A program made the translations under genes and the position numbers. From NCBI GenBank assembly GCA_035650795.1, contig DASRGY010000070.1:1-33024 (forward strand): a stretch of DNA of 33,024 bases, in the 5' to 3' direction. The notes under the pieces are model-generated. The model did no database searches and had not been told where the DNA came from. It saw nothing but the letters and a program-made list of their open reading frames with translations. Shown piece by piece: positions 1 to 11,218 of this stretch (within the stretch, counting starts at the first letter, position 1; each line of letters opens with the position of its first letter). The DNA comes from Candidatus Saccharimonadales bacterium (GTDB lineage: Bacteria; Patescibacteriota; Saccharimonadia; Saccharimonadales; UBA10212).

Positions 1-96
1 TAATTAGAAGAAGAATAATCGGCACTCACTTTCGAACCACCTAAGACTGTCGTGACTAGGACTAGGGTGATTAAAATAAACCGTAAGCGCTTCATT
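1..96 (-). CDS. Hypothetical secreted protein, N-terminal fragment; the gene runs off the left edge of the window
   Basis: Minus-strand ATG at 96..94 opens MKRLRFILITLVLVTTVLGGSKVSADYSSSN..., which looks like a signal peptide. The frame stays open to position 1. It is too short for any homology call. Confidence 0.3.
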
Positions 97-131
97 GTCT
101 TAAAAATATACCACAACATCTTTCAAACTTC

Positions 132-824
132 TTATAATGCCTTAAATGTTTTAGCAATATGCTCAACAACATTTGAATTAGGATCAGCTTTTAAATTTTT
201 ATAAATAATTACGTACCGGTTTTTAGAGCCATCTTTTCTGGTCAAGTCCAAATTATAATTTCCGCCGATTTGTCCAAAAACAACATCGTACTGGCTGGCA
301 TCAGGATCACATAGCATAGAGGTTCCGCCCAAGGAAACCTCTTGGACTCGATGAAGTTTGCCTTGCTTATAAGTAGTACCGCACGGATCTGACACATGGC
401 TAATATTAAACTCGTTTCCACTTACAATAGTCAGTGGTAGCACTCGGGGGACAGCCAGATAAAGGGGTATAGGAGTCTGGTTTATATATACAGTCAGCGA
501 ATGCTCTAATGTATCTTGGTGATATCTAAGGAAGTAATATATAGAGCCAGGTTTGGTATTTTTGCCCAGCTTCCATACGTCCGTATTGTCTGTAAACTGG
601 AAATAATCTGTGCCGTAAGTTTGCTCACTGCCAATCTGCTTATGGACCTCTCTTGAGACTGGAGGCGTGGCAAAGTTTCTGTTTTTTAAAATATCATAAA
701 TTATTAGACCAATTACTGCTAATGCTAAGAACGCGACCATTCCTACTAGTCTACGTCGCCACCTAACTTTCTTCTGCCTGTTAGCATAGAATGGCCTGCC
801 ATGAATATAAAAATTTTTAGTCAT
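132..824 (-). CDS. Hypothetical membrane-anchored protein with a basic N-terminus, one TM helix and an extracytoplasmic domain
   Basis: 230-aa ORF. After a KKVRWRRR stretch there is one hydrophobic helix, LVGMVAFLALAVIGLIIY. I recognise no family motifs. Confidence 0.6.
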   Translation of the reverse strand: MTKNFYIHGRPFYANRQKKVRWRRRLVGMVAFLALAVIGLIIYDILKNRNFATPPVSREVHKQIGSEQTYGTDYFQFTDNTDVWKLGKNTKPGSIYYFLRYHQDTLEHSLTVYINQTPIPLYLAVPRVLPLTIVSGNEFNISHVSDPCGTTYKQGKLHRVQEVSLGGTSMLCDPDASQYDVVFGQIGGNYNLDLTRKDGSKNRYVIIYKNLKADPNSNVVEHIAKTFKAL

Positions 825-907
825 TTTTGTTTAGCTAGCACTAAAGCTATTGTGGCAATCATGACTCAAAAAGACAATAAAGGATATAATTAGCATAAGC
901 TTGTTTT

Positions 908-1909
908 ATGGAAAATCAGAATCAAACACCCCAACCTGTGCCTACTGAGAGTTTAGAGAATCAGGAAACACAACCACCTGTTACATCTGGACCAGCTTTA
1001 GGCTCTACCGGATCAACCAGTCCTAGTAGCCCTCCGGCTAGAAACTCATCTGCTGAAGAACTAGTTAAGCCCTCAATAGTAACTCGCCTAAGAGGGTTCT
1101 TAAATATTTATTTTTTGATATTTATCGCTGTTTTTATTGCGGCTGTAGTTGGCCTCTTTTTCGTTTTGCACGGTGGTAAGAAATCGTCAAGTAATACGAA
1201 AACAACTTCTTTAACAACCAAAGAAATTTCTCAGCTACAAGGTAGTACCACCATAGTTGGAGACGCCAAACAGAACCTTGATGTACAAAGCAATACGCTT
1301 TTTGAGGGCCAAGTTCTGCTTAAAGACGACTTAAACGTTGCCGGGAATATAAAGGTGGGAGGCAATTTAACTCTTCCAACACTTACGGTTGGTAATACAG
1401 GGAGCTTTGGTCAATTACAGGTTAATAACACTCTTTCTGTTTCAGGAAATCTAACTACTGGCGGGCAGGCATCTATCCAAAAAGGCCTAACCGTAGCTGG
1501 CAACGGCTCTTTTAGTGGTAATTTATCGGCCAATCAGCTGACGATAAGCAGTCTGCAGCTTAATAGTGACTTGGCCGTATCGCATCATATCGTTACGAGC
1601 GGAAATGCGCCTTCAAAATCAGACGGGTCAAACCTAGGTAGTGGTGGCACGGTTTCTATGAGTGGCACAGACACAGCTGGAACAGTAACAATTAATACTG
1701 GTGGCGGGCCGTCATCGGGCTGCTTTGTATCGGTAAATTTCGGTCACAGTTTTAGCACAACCCCTAGGGTCATTATTAGTCCGGCAAATAGTTCGGCCGC
1801 CGGTCTAGATTACTATACAAACCGTTCGGCAAATAGCTTCAGCATTTGCACGACAAGCACACCAACAGCTTCTTCGACCTTTGTATTCGACTATATAGTT
1901 ATCCAGTAA
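908..1909 (+). CDS. Hypothetical membrane-anchored surface protein with a low-complexity N-terminus, one TM helix, a beta-helix-like G/N/L/T repeat region and a C-terminal lectin-like domain
   Basis: 333-aa ORF with TM helix IYFLIFIAVFIAAVVGLFFVL. Degenerate repeats are present: NVAGNIKVGGNLTLPTLTVGNTGSFGQLQVNNTLSVSGNLTTGGQASIQKGLTVAGNGSFSGNLSAN. The C-terminal ~90 aa (VNFGHSFSTTPRVIISP...FSICTTS...FVFDYIVIQ) resembles the H-type lectin pattern, which is a weak call. Confidence 0.65.
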   Translation: MENQNQTPQPVPTESLENQETQPPVTSGPALGSTGSTSPSSPPARNSSAEELVKPSIVTRLRGFLNIYFLIFIAVFIAAVVGLFFVLHGGKKSSSNTKTTSLTTKEISQLQGSTTIVGDAKQNLDVQSNTLFEGQVLLKDDLNVAGNIKVGGNLTLPTLTVGNTGSFGQLQVNNTLSVSGNLTTGGQASIQKGLTVAGNGSFSGNLSANQLTISSLQLNSDLAVSHHIVTSGNAPSKSDGSNLGSGGTVSMSGTDTAGTVTINTGGGPSSGCFVSVNFGHSFSTTPRVIISPANSSAAGLDYYTNRSANSFSICTTSTPTASSTFVFDYIVIQ

Positions 1910-1917
1910 GAGCCAGC

Positions 1918-2169
1918 CTAAACATCCAAAAATACTGTAACTTTATTATTGCGGACATGTATCAGCCCTCTTGTTATTTCAAGGATGAAGTCAGGTTTAC
2001 CGTCTCGCCTAACTTTAATTGAGCATGGTTTAAGAAGCGTCATAAAGTTTTTGTGATGTGGCAAAATATCAAAAGGGCCTGTTTCATTTTCAGCAGATAA
2101 ACTGTTAGCAGAGCCGCTGAAATAGACTTTGAACGGGGCTGCTACTTTAACCTCCATGGCTTCACTCAT
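1918..2169 (-). CDS. atpC: F1 ATP synthase epsilon subunit, short form with the N-terminal beta-sandwich only
   Basis: 83-aa ORF lying 2 nt downstream of atpD. The sequence FSGSANSLSAENETGPFDILPHHKNFMTLLKP...GLIHVRNNKVTVF matches the epsilon N-domain pattern. No C-terminal helical hairpin is present. Confidence 0.8.
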   Translation of the reverse strand: MSEAMEVKVAAPFKVYFSGSANSLSAENETGPFDILPHHKNFMTLLKPCSIKVRRDGKPDFILEITRGLIHVRNNKVTVFLDV

Positions 2170-2171
2170 TG

Positions 2172-4348
<2,177 letters not shown>

Positions 4349-5751
4349 TAGTGGCTTGAGCTTTTAAGTTGTCCCTGATGCTGGCGTAATCATTGTCAGA
4401 CTTAATAAGAGCAGCTGATTGGTTCGCTAATTTTTTAAGACCAGTAACGTTAATGCCAGCCGAAGGATCAGTATCTAACAAGATATCAAGCATCATTTGT
4501 TGTGCTAATAAAGTATATGCTTCGCCGGGCAGTTGAGTCATAAGCTCATAGAAGTATCGACCTCTGATCATATCCTTTTGTGCGGTCAGAGCTAGCTCCG
4601 TGCCGAATTGAGCAAACTGTTTAGCTTGATTAAAGGCTGCAAGAGTCTTCATCACACGGCCCATCTGATCTATTTGTCGTTTAGAATGGCCTCGGCCACC
4701 AACACGTGTAACACTTAAACCGACATTAACGGCCGGCCTTAGGCCTTCTCTGAAAACATCCATGTCCAATATCCACTGGCCATCAGTAATTGACATAATA
4801 TTGGTCGGTAAGAAAGCTGCAATGTCACCGCCTTCTGCTAGAACTAGCGGGATCGCAGTCATACATTTATGGTTTCTACCTAATTTGCCCGCGCGTTCAA
4901 GTAATGATGAATGGGCATAAAAAATATCGCCGGGGTAAGAGTCACGACCAGGGCTAACCCCAGAAATTAAGGCTATTTCTCGGGCTGCATGGGCATGGGT
5001 TGTGAGATCATCATAAATTACAATGACGTCTTGTCCGATAACCTGCCATAAATATTCTGCCAAGGCACAGCCAACATATGGTGCAAGATAGCTGCTTACA
5101 AGCGACTCAAAAATAGTAGACACAACTACTATCGTTTTCTGCATACTGCCATTCTCGCTGAGATGTGAAAGAAGCGTATCAACATCACTTTCGCGCTTGG
5201 CAATTAGTACATATACAACAATCTGATCGGTGTTCTTCTGATTTAAGGCGATCTGAGTTGCCAAAGTAGATTTACCGGATTTACTGTCCCCCAGTAATGC
5301 TAAGCGCTGGCCGCGCACAATCGGGAACAAAGCATCTATGGAAATAACACCCGTTTCTAGCTGGGTATCGAGCATCTCGCGCTCATAAATTGGTGGCGCG
5401 GCATTAAAGATTGGCCACTCAGCATCAGCCGGGATTGGTCCTTTACCGTCGAGCGGATCCCCAGCTACAGAAACAACGCGTCCGATAAAATCTTTGCCAA
5501 CCTTGGTGTTCAACCTATCAGTTTGAACAACGGCTAACATCCCTGTTTTAAGGTTCGATGAGCCTAGATATAGTACCTGCACCTCATCTTCTAGAATATA
5601 TTGAACAAAGCCTTTGCTACCGTTTTCAAAAATAACTAACGAGTGAGCATTGACTGGTTGCATGCCCCGTACAGTAACTAAGAATTTATTAACTGATACA
5701 ATCTCGCCAACAGGGTGGCCGGCATCAACAAACCTCTGAAAGTGTTGGTTC

Positions 5752-6249
5752 CTACCTCTTTCCACCCACTGCTCCTTGAATAAGCTCTACCATATAGTTT
5801 TCCTGATTTTCAAGATAGGTGCGTAAGCTAAGATCGAAAATCTTGTTCGGTGATCTTAACACACAACCGGCAGCAATAGTGGGCTGTAAGCCTATTTGCA
5901 GCATAAGTTGGGGATGGATATTGCCGCGCATCCAGCTTAGGATGACATCAATGATTCTGGGCGTAGGTTCAACAGCAAAGCTAATGTGAAGACTTGGAGC
6001 TGTTCTAGAAATTTCGATAAGTTTTGTTTTAATTGCCGTCCTTTGGTCAGTCTGCATAAGATTGTAGCCGTTATCTCGCGCCAACTGATCAAGCATATAT
6101 GTAGTTCTAGGTGCTTTAATTGACTCACCACTCTTACGCGCAGCAGCACTCATAAAGAAATCATCTAGCCCGTCGAGCTCACGCAATATACGGTTAATGT
6201 CGCTTTTACCGACTATACTTGTTGGCAGCTTAAAGACATCTTCGTTCAT
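5752..6249 (-). CDS. atpH: ATP synthase delta (OSCP) subunit
   Basis: 165-aa ORF between the b-like gene and atpA. It overlaps both neighbours by 4 nt and 14 nt. The assignment comes mainly from position and size. Confidence 0.7.
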   Translation of the reverse strand: MNEDVFKLPTSIVGKSDINRILRELDGLDDFFMSAAARKSGESIKAPRTTYMLDQLARDNGYNLMQTDQRTAIKTKLIEISRTAPSLHISFAVEPTPRIIDVILSWMRGNIHPQLMLQIGLQPTIAAGCVLRSPNKIFDLSLRTYLENQENYMVELIQGAVGGKR

Positions 6250-6875
6250 GTGCCCCTCTTAATATCTTCGACAATCGCATTTTTGTTTGCTTCTAGCTCG
6301 GCCAATATGTAGTCTAGTTGATCAGACAGATCTATCTGGTTTCCAATAGCCCGCAAAATATAGTGGTTAATTATGCCTGCCATTTCTTTCTCAAAACTAG
6401 CAATAATCTGGGTCTTCTGTGTCTGGGCTTGGGTTTGCATTTGTTCTTCCAAAAATTGCCTTTGCTGTTCAATCGTAGTAATTGTTTTTTCGATTGAATC
6501 AAGAGCGATTTGCTTAGCATCCGTAATTGACTGCTCATATTTCTTAAATTCATCCTGGAGCGTCCGTGTTAACTGCGAACGCATGTAATCATTAAGTTGC
6601 GTGGTTGTCTGGCGTAGATCCTGCTGTAGGAACATAGCATTTTCACCAATAATTTTTTCGAAGTGCAGACGTCCACGATTACGGAGTTCTTCACGAAATT
6701 CATCATTAAAAATATGCTCAACATCTTTCTTGGCAGCGGTATCAATAATCTGGTCTGGGGCAACCCCTGGAGCTTGATCCTCCGGAGCTTTTCCCGTGCG
6801 CCAGACCAGCCAGATAAAAGCAGCAGTAGCACTAAGAATCGAACCTAAAATCAGTATTAGCCCACCAGTGTTCAT
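6246..6875 (-). CDS. atpF: ATP synthase b-like peripheral stalk subunit
   Basis: There is a single N-terminal TM helix, GLILILGSILSATAAFIWLVW. A long charged helical region of about 170 aa follows. The gene lies immediately upstream of atpH with an ATGA overlap. Confidence 0.65.
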   Translation of the reverse strand: MNTGGLILILGSILSATAAFIWLVWRTGKAPEDQAPGVAPDQIIDTAAKKDVEHIFNDEFREELRNRGRLHFEKIIGENAMFLQQDLRQTTTQLNDYMRSQLTRTLQDEFKKYEQSITDAKQIALDSIEKTITTIEQQRQFLEEQMQTQAQTQKTQIIASFEKEMAGIINHYILRAIGNQIDLSDQLDYILAELEANKNAIVEDIKRGT

Positions 6876-6890
6876 TTTTAGCGCTTATCC

Positions 6891-7679
6891 TTATATCTTT
6901 AGTAGCAAATATACCCCAAGCAGCCCCATAATTAAAACCATCGCGGCTGCTCCAATCACTGCGAACAAGCTTTTCATAATCCCGTGACGACTCAGTGGAT
7001 TGCGACCTATGGCAATCATTCCATTTCTTATACCAGATGCCATGAGGATTATTGATATCAATCCAGAGATCATAAATATGCCTAGGGCAACATAAATCCG
7101 TAATCCTGAGACTGACTTCCCGGCAACAGACTGGCTAATCTGACGCAAAGGTTCAGGTATGGGTACTGCTTCCTTGATAAGCGGGTTTTTCGCCAGTGCT
7201 ATTTGGACGGCTATTAGCCCTACATCCGAGCCCTCTGATGTATGAACTATGGCACCGCTTTTACCATCAAAGGCTTCTTGAGCACGACCTAGGACAAGAG
7301 GTTGTTGGCTATCAGCTTTTGCAGCAACGCCATCGGCAGAGCTCATCGATAAGTAATCACCAGCTTTAATTGTGCCATTTTGAGTACTAACAAATACCGG
7401 ATAGATACCATTCGTGGCAACAAATACCTGTTGATCCTGTTTTTGTACGGCTAGCGGAGCGTCGTTTGGATCTATTACGACTCCATACATCTTTGCCGGG
7501 TCTTTTGCCGGTGCTAAGACAACGCTATTCTTATTATCTGAGCTAAGGGCAACAACCCACCCGGGCGGTATGTAGGATTTAGTATTAAAACCACGGACAA
7601 CTGTTTCTGCGTGCACTAACTCGAACGACAAAACGACAAAAACAAAAGTCAAAATTACGCCGAACAGTTTCGATCTCAT
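6891..7679 (-). CDS. Secreted-domain protein with a C-terminal two-helix hairpin resembling an ATP synthase c subunit; occupies the atpE position
   Basis: The signal peptide is MRSKLFGVILTFVFVVLSFELVHA, followed by a soluble domain of about 165 aa. The last 71 aa (about 6894..7106) form TM-loop-TM with a GIRNGMIAIGRNPLS loop. This resembles the c-subunit G-rich helix 1 plus the A-x-[AG]-R-[NQ]-P loop. Helix 2 (IMKSLFAVIGAAAMVLIMGLLGVYLLL) contains no Asp or Glu. The gene ends 15 nt upstream of atpF. Confidence 0.6.
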   Translation of the reverse strand: MRSKLFGVILTFVFVVLSFELVHAETVVRGFNTKSYIPPGWVVALSSDNKNSVVLAPAKDPAKMYGVVIDPNDAPLAVQKQDQQVFVATNGIYPVFVSTQNGTIKAGDYLSMSSADGVAAKADSQQPLVLGRAQEAFDGKSGAIVHTSEGSDVGLIAVQIALAKNPLIKEAVPIPEPLRQISQSVAGKSVSGLRIYVALGIFMISGLISIILMASGIRNGMIAIGRNPLSRHGIMKSLFAVIGAAAMVLIMGLLGVYLLLKI

Positions 7680-7759
7680 TACTCTTAAGTATATATGTTC
7701 TCAGCTTCTTCTCCCAAACAAGCTACAGCCTGACTATGGTGATTGATCATAATGCTTAG

Positions 7760-8896
7760 CTAGGTGAGCATTTTAGATAGAAGCCTAACAACCGTTTTTA
7801 TATCGGTAATGGTTGTTTGGTAACCAAAACTAAAGCGTAGGGTAGAGCGTGCTTGCTGATCGGTTAGCCCGATCGCCTTCAGAACATGTGACGGATTATC
7901 ATCAGTTGCCGAGCATGCGCTTCCGGTAGCGACTTGTACACCTGCTTCATCAAGCTGTATCATTAAGCGTTCGTTATCCTGCCCAGTAAAAGTTACAGAT
8001 AAAATATGAGGGGAGCTAAACTTTATAGACCCATTAATAAAAAAATCTTTAGCTTGATTGTGGAGTTCATCGATAAAAAATTTCTTTATGCCCTTTACAT
8101 GCTTAGCTTCAGCCTCACGACGATCTTGAGCTAGATTCAGAGCCTTTGCTAAGCCTGCGCAATATGCAACGTTTTCTGTTCCGCTGCGCAAATTAAACTC
8201 TTGGCCGCCACCTAATATTAGAGCCTGAGGATCCACACCAGCCCGTACATAAAGTACGCCGATTTGTTTAGGACCGTATATCTTACCACCGTTGATACTC
8301 ATTAAATCAACACCCAGCCTAGAAGCATGGATATCCAGATAGTTGGGAGCTTGGGCCGCATCAGTATGAAGCCATAAAGGCTTCTTAATGCCATTATTAC
8401 GTCGCCTTCTCCGCTCCTCATCAACTAAAGATGCAATTTCTCGTAGTGGCTGAATTACGCCTATTTCATTATTGATTAATCCAACACTCACAAGAACAGC
8501 TTTTTGTAAGCCTTGCTGGAGTATGTTTAGATTTATTCTGCCGTTTGACGTAACTGGCACTTCGATGTGATTAAACAACCCAGCTGGCTCTAATACGGAG
8601 TCATGCTCGATAGCACTAACCAGTAGTCGTTCATCAGGAAATTGGCGCATTATGCCTTGTATCGCCAAATTATTAGCCTCAGTTGCACCAGCCATAAAAA
8701 CCACTTCAGCTGGCTTTACCCCAAGAAGTCCAGCAACATCAGCCCTTGCCTGCTCTAAATCCGCCCGAACTTGCTTTGCATTCAAATACGTAGCTGACGG
8801 ATTATAAAATTTCTGTGTAAAGTACGGCCTCATGACATTGAACACTTCTGCGTCCATTGGAGTTGCTGCGGCATAATCAAGGTAGATGGATTTCAT
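7760..8896 (-). CDS. Cysteine desulfurase, class V aminotransferase, NifS/IscS-like
   Basis: The PLP-lysine region is SINGGKIYGPKQIGVLYVR. The catalytic Cys loop is ATGSACSATDDNPSHVLKAIG. Both closely match NifS/IscS motifs. Confidence 0.9.
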   Translation of the reverse strand: MKSIYLDYAAATPMDAEVFNVMRPYFTQKFYNPSATYLNAKQVRADLEQARADVAGLLGVKPAEVVFMAGATEANNLAIQGIMRQFPDERLLVSAIEHDSVLEPAGLFNHIEVPVTSNGRINLNILQQGLQKAVLVSVGLINNEIGVIQPLREIASLVDEERRRRRNNGIKKPLWLHTDAAQAPNYLDIHASRLGVDLMSINGGKIYGPKQIGVLYVRAGVDPQALILGGGQEFNLRSGTENVAYCAGLAKALNLAQDRREAEAKHVKGIKKFFIDELHNQAKDFFINGSIKFSSPHILSVTFTGQDNERLMIQLDEAGVQVATGSACSATDDNPSHVLKAIGLTDQQARSTLRFSFGYQTTITDIKTVVRLLSKMLT

Positions 8897-8898
8897 GG

Positions 8899-9672
8899 TT
8901 ATGTACTTAGTTTGAATAATTCGCTCGCGTTAGCTGTTGTAGCTGAAGCCAGTACTTCTAAGCTTTCATTTCTTAGGTTAGCTAGAAATTGGGCAGTTGT
9001 TAAAATATGTTTTGGTTCGCAAAGCGTACTTCTGAAAGGTGCTGGTGTTAGAAATGGCGCATCAGTTTCAAGCAACAACTTATCCAAGGGAACGGCCTTG
9101 GCTGCCTCAAGCTGGGTCTGATCTTTAGTGAAAGTCATAATACCGTTAAGACCGACATACAGCTTTCGTTCTAAGATCTTTTCAAGATTGTTGATATCGG
9201 AGCTAAAACTATGAATCACTCCCCTAACATCCTTATAGGAGTCAAAGATTTGATAAAAATCATCCCATGCATCACGAACGTGGAAAATAACAGGTAGGCT
9301 AAGCTCTATCCCTAGCTCTATGTGTGCTCGTAAGGCGGACATCTGATCTTCCCTGCTCGAGATTTGTCGGTAATAGTCTAAGCCTGTTTCACCTATTGCA
9401 ACTACCCTGGGTTCCATAGCTGCTTGCTTGAGTTTTTTGGAAGAGCTACGGTCAGCAAGAAAGCTCGCTGCTTCATGGGGATGAATGCCTACAGAAGCCC
9501 AAATAACCTTTTTTTGTTTGGCTAAACTAACGGCATTTTTTGAGTCCTCAAGAGTTGTTCCAACACAAATAAGTTTTTTAACTCCTGCTTTAGAAGCGCT
9601 TGCTAAGATTTCGTTTTCTCTATCACGATACTTCTCAAACTGGAGATGGCAGTGCGTATCAACTAGCTCCAT
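8899..9672 (-). CDS. tatD: TatD-family metal-dependent hydrolase/DNase
   Basis: The N-terminal motif is VDTHCHL. Also present are GIHPHEA, AIGETGLDY, the HVRDA/HSFS motifs and ETDAPFLTP. Confidence 0.9.
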   Translation of the reverse strand: MELVDTHCHLQFEKYRDRENEILASASKAGVKKLICVGTTLEDSKNAVSLAKQKKVIWASVGIHPHEAASFLADRSSSKKLKQAAMEPRVVAIGETGLDYYRQISSREDQMSALRAHIELGIELSLPVIFHVRDAWDDFYQIFDSYKDVRGVIHSFSSDINNLEKILERKLYVGLNGIMTFTKDQTQLEAAKAVPLDKLLLETDAPFLTPAPFRSTLCEPKHILTTAQFLANLRNESLEVLASATTANASELFKLST

Positions 9673-9679
9673 AACGTGT

Positions 9680-11143
9680 CTATATAGCTTTTGCTTGGCT
9701 CAAATTTGTTTTCTCGGATTTAGGAAAAAGTGGCCCAGGTAAAGCTTTAATTACACCGCTGCCAAAAACATTTTGAATTTTAGTTGCAGCATCAGGCATA
9801 AACGGTAGTAATAGTTCGGCGATTTCTAGGAGTGAGGCTACCATGTAAGCCAAAACCTCTCGCAAGTGAACCTCATCTTTATTCTTCGCTACCTGCCAGG
9901 GTTTTGTCTCATCTATATACTGATTCAACCCCCGGACCTGTTCCCATACCTCATCTAGTGCCTTATCGAAACGACAATCACTAAGCGCAGTCTGATATGA
10001 CGCAATGTCATGTTCTGGCGCAGGAATATCGCCGACTATTCCTTGCTGATATTTAGTTACCATGGCTGCTGTACGAGATACTGCATTGCCGAGCTGGTTC
10101 GCCAACTCATCATTGTAGGCTGCCTCCATTAACTCCCAGGTAAAATCACCATCCCCGTAACTTGGAACATGTCTTAGCAAGAAATAACGTGCTGCATCAA
10201 CACCATACTTATTAATTAAATCCAGAGGATCAACTACATTGCCTAAACTTTTGCTCATTTTTTTACCGCCAACTTCTATGAATCCATGGGCGTAAAGCGC
10301 TTTAGGAAGTGGCACGTCTAACCCTAGCAGCATTCCCGGCCATATAGCTGCGTGGAAGCGTAGGATGTTCTTACCTATAACTTGTACATCAGCTGGCCAA
10401 TAAGTCTTAAAGTCTGAGTGCTCGGGGTAGCCCAAAACAGTTATATAATTCATGAGCGCCTCAAACCACACGTACATAACCTGAGTTTGATCACCGGGTA
10501 CGGGTATACCCCAATTGATCTTGCTAACTGGGCGGCTGATACTAATATCTTCAAGGCCGCCATTTAGAAGCGATAATATCTCGTTTTTTCGACTATCTGG
10601 GACAATTCTATAGGCATCACTTTCAATCGCAGTTTTGATTTTGGCGGTAAATTTACTCAGAGCAAAAATATAATTTTCTTCTTTAACCCATTCATACTTA
10701 CGGTTGTGATCCGGACAAACGCCTTTATTAGCCTTGACAATTTTTTCGCTAAAAAATTCTTCATCGCCAGTGCAGTACCAGCCTTCATATATCCCTTTAT
10801 ATATATAGGAGGACAGCTTTTGCCAAATTAATTGTGCTCTTTGTTCGTGGCCTTTATCTGATGTCCGGATAAATCTATCATTGCTGATATTTAAGGCCTT
10901 TAGCAGATCACGGAAAGATTGGCTGAGACTGTCAGCAAATTGTTTAGGATCCATCTTGGCTTCGGCAGCTTTTTCAGCAATCTTGCCTCCATGTTCATCT
11001 GTGCCGGCGCTAAATAATACTTGGTCACCAAGTTCACGATGATAGCGTGCTAAAACATCTGCATATAAATGCAACATTGCGTGGCCTAAATGAGGCTTAT
11101 CATTTACATACGGAATAGCCGTACAAACATAGAATTTTCCCAT
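9680..11143 (-). CDS. metG: Methionyl-tRNA synthetase, short form without a C-terminal tRNA-binding appendix
   Basis: The HIGH motif is PHLGHA and the KMSKS motif is KMSKSLGN. The connective-peptide knuckle reads YCTGDEEF...CPDH. Confidence 0.95.
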   Translation of the reverse strand: MGKFYVCTAIPYVNDKPHLGHAMLHLYADVLARYHRELGDQVLFSAGTDEHGGKIAEKAAEAKMDPKQFADSLSQSFRDLLKALNISNDRFIRTSDKGHEQRAQLIWQKLSSYIYKGIYEGWYCTGDEEFFSEKIVKANKGVCPDHNRKYEWVKEENYIFALSKFTAKIKTAIESDAYRIVPDSRKNEILSLLNGGLEDISISRPVSKINWGIPVPGDQTQVMYVWFEALMNYITVLGYPEHSDFKTYWPADVQVIGKNILRFHAAIWPGMLLGLDVPLPKALYAHGFIEVGGKKMSKSLGNVVDPLDLINKYGVDAARYFLLRHVPSYGDGDFTWELMEAAYNDELANQLGNAVSRTAAMVTKYQQGIVGDIPAPEHDIASYQTALSDCRFDKALDEVWEQVRGLNQYIDETKPWQVAKNKDEVHLREVLAYMVASLLEIAELLLPFMPDAATKIQNVFGSGVIKALPGPLFPKSEKTNLSQAKAI

Positions 11144-11195
11144 CTGTTACATAATAAACAATAAACGCTAAACTATAAACATCCTGAGAAATCCA

Positions 11196-11217
11196 AATAC
11201 TTAACTCGTTAAGTATT
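11196..11217. repeat. Palindrome AATACTTAAC-tc-GTTAAGTATT, third copy of the AATACTT/AAGTATT half-site pair
   Basis: The arms are perfect 10-bp inverted repeats. The palindrome lies 1 nt after the Nudix-like stop codon and 53 nt upstream of the metG ATG. It uses the same half-sites as the palindromes at 20099..20120 and 20579..20600. Confidence 0.7.
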
Positions 11218-11218
11218 T

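Noticed and set aside
6371-6987. Cluster of 60-87-aa ORFs on both strands inside and around atpF
   Set aside because: They are alternative-frame or antisense ORFs within the b-subunit-like gene and the c-like gene. Their low-complexity composition is typical of shadows of a coiled-coil coding region.
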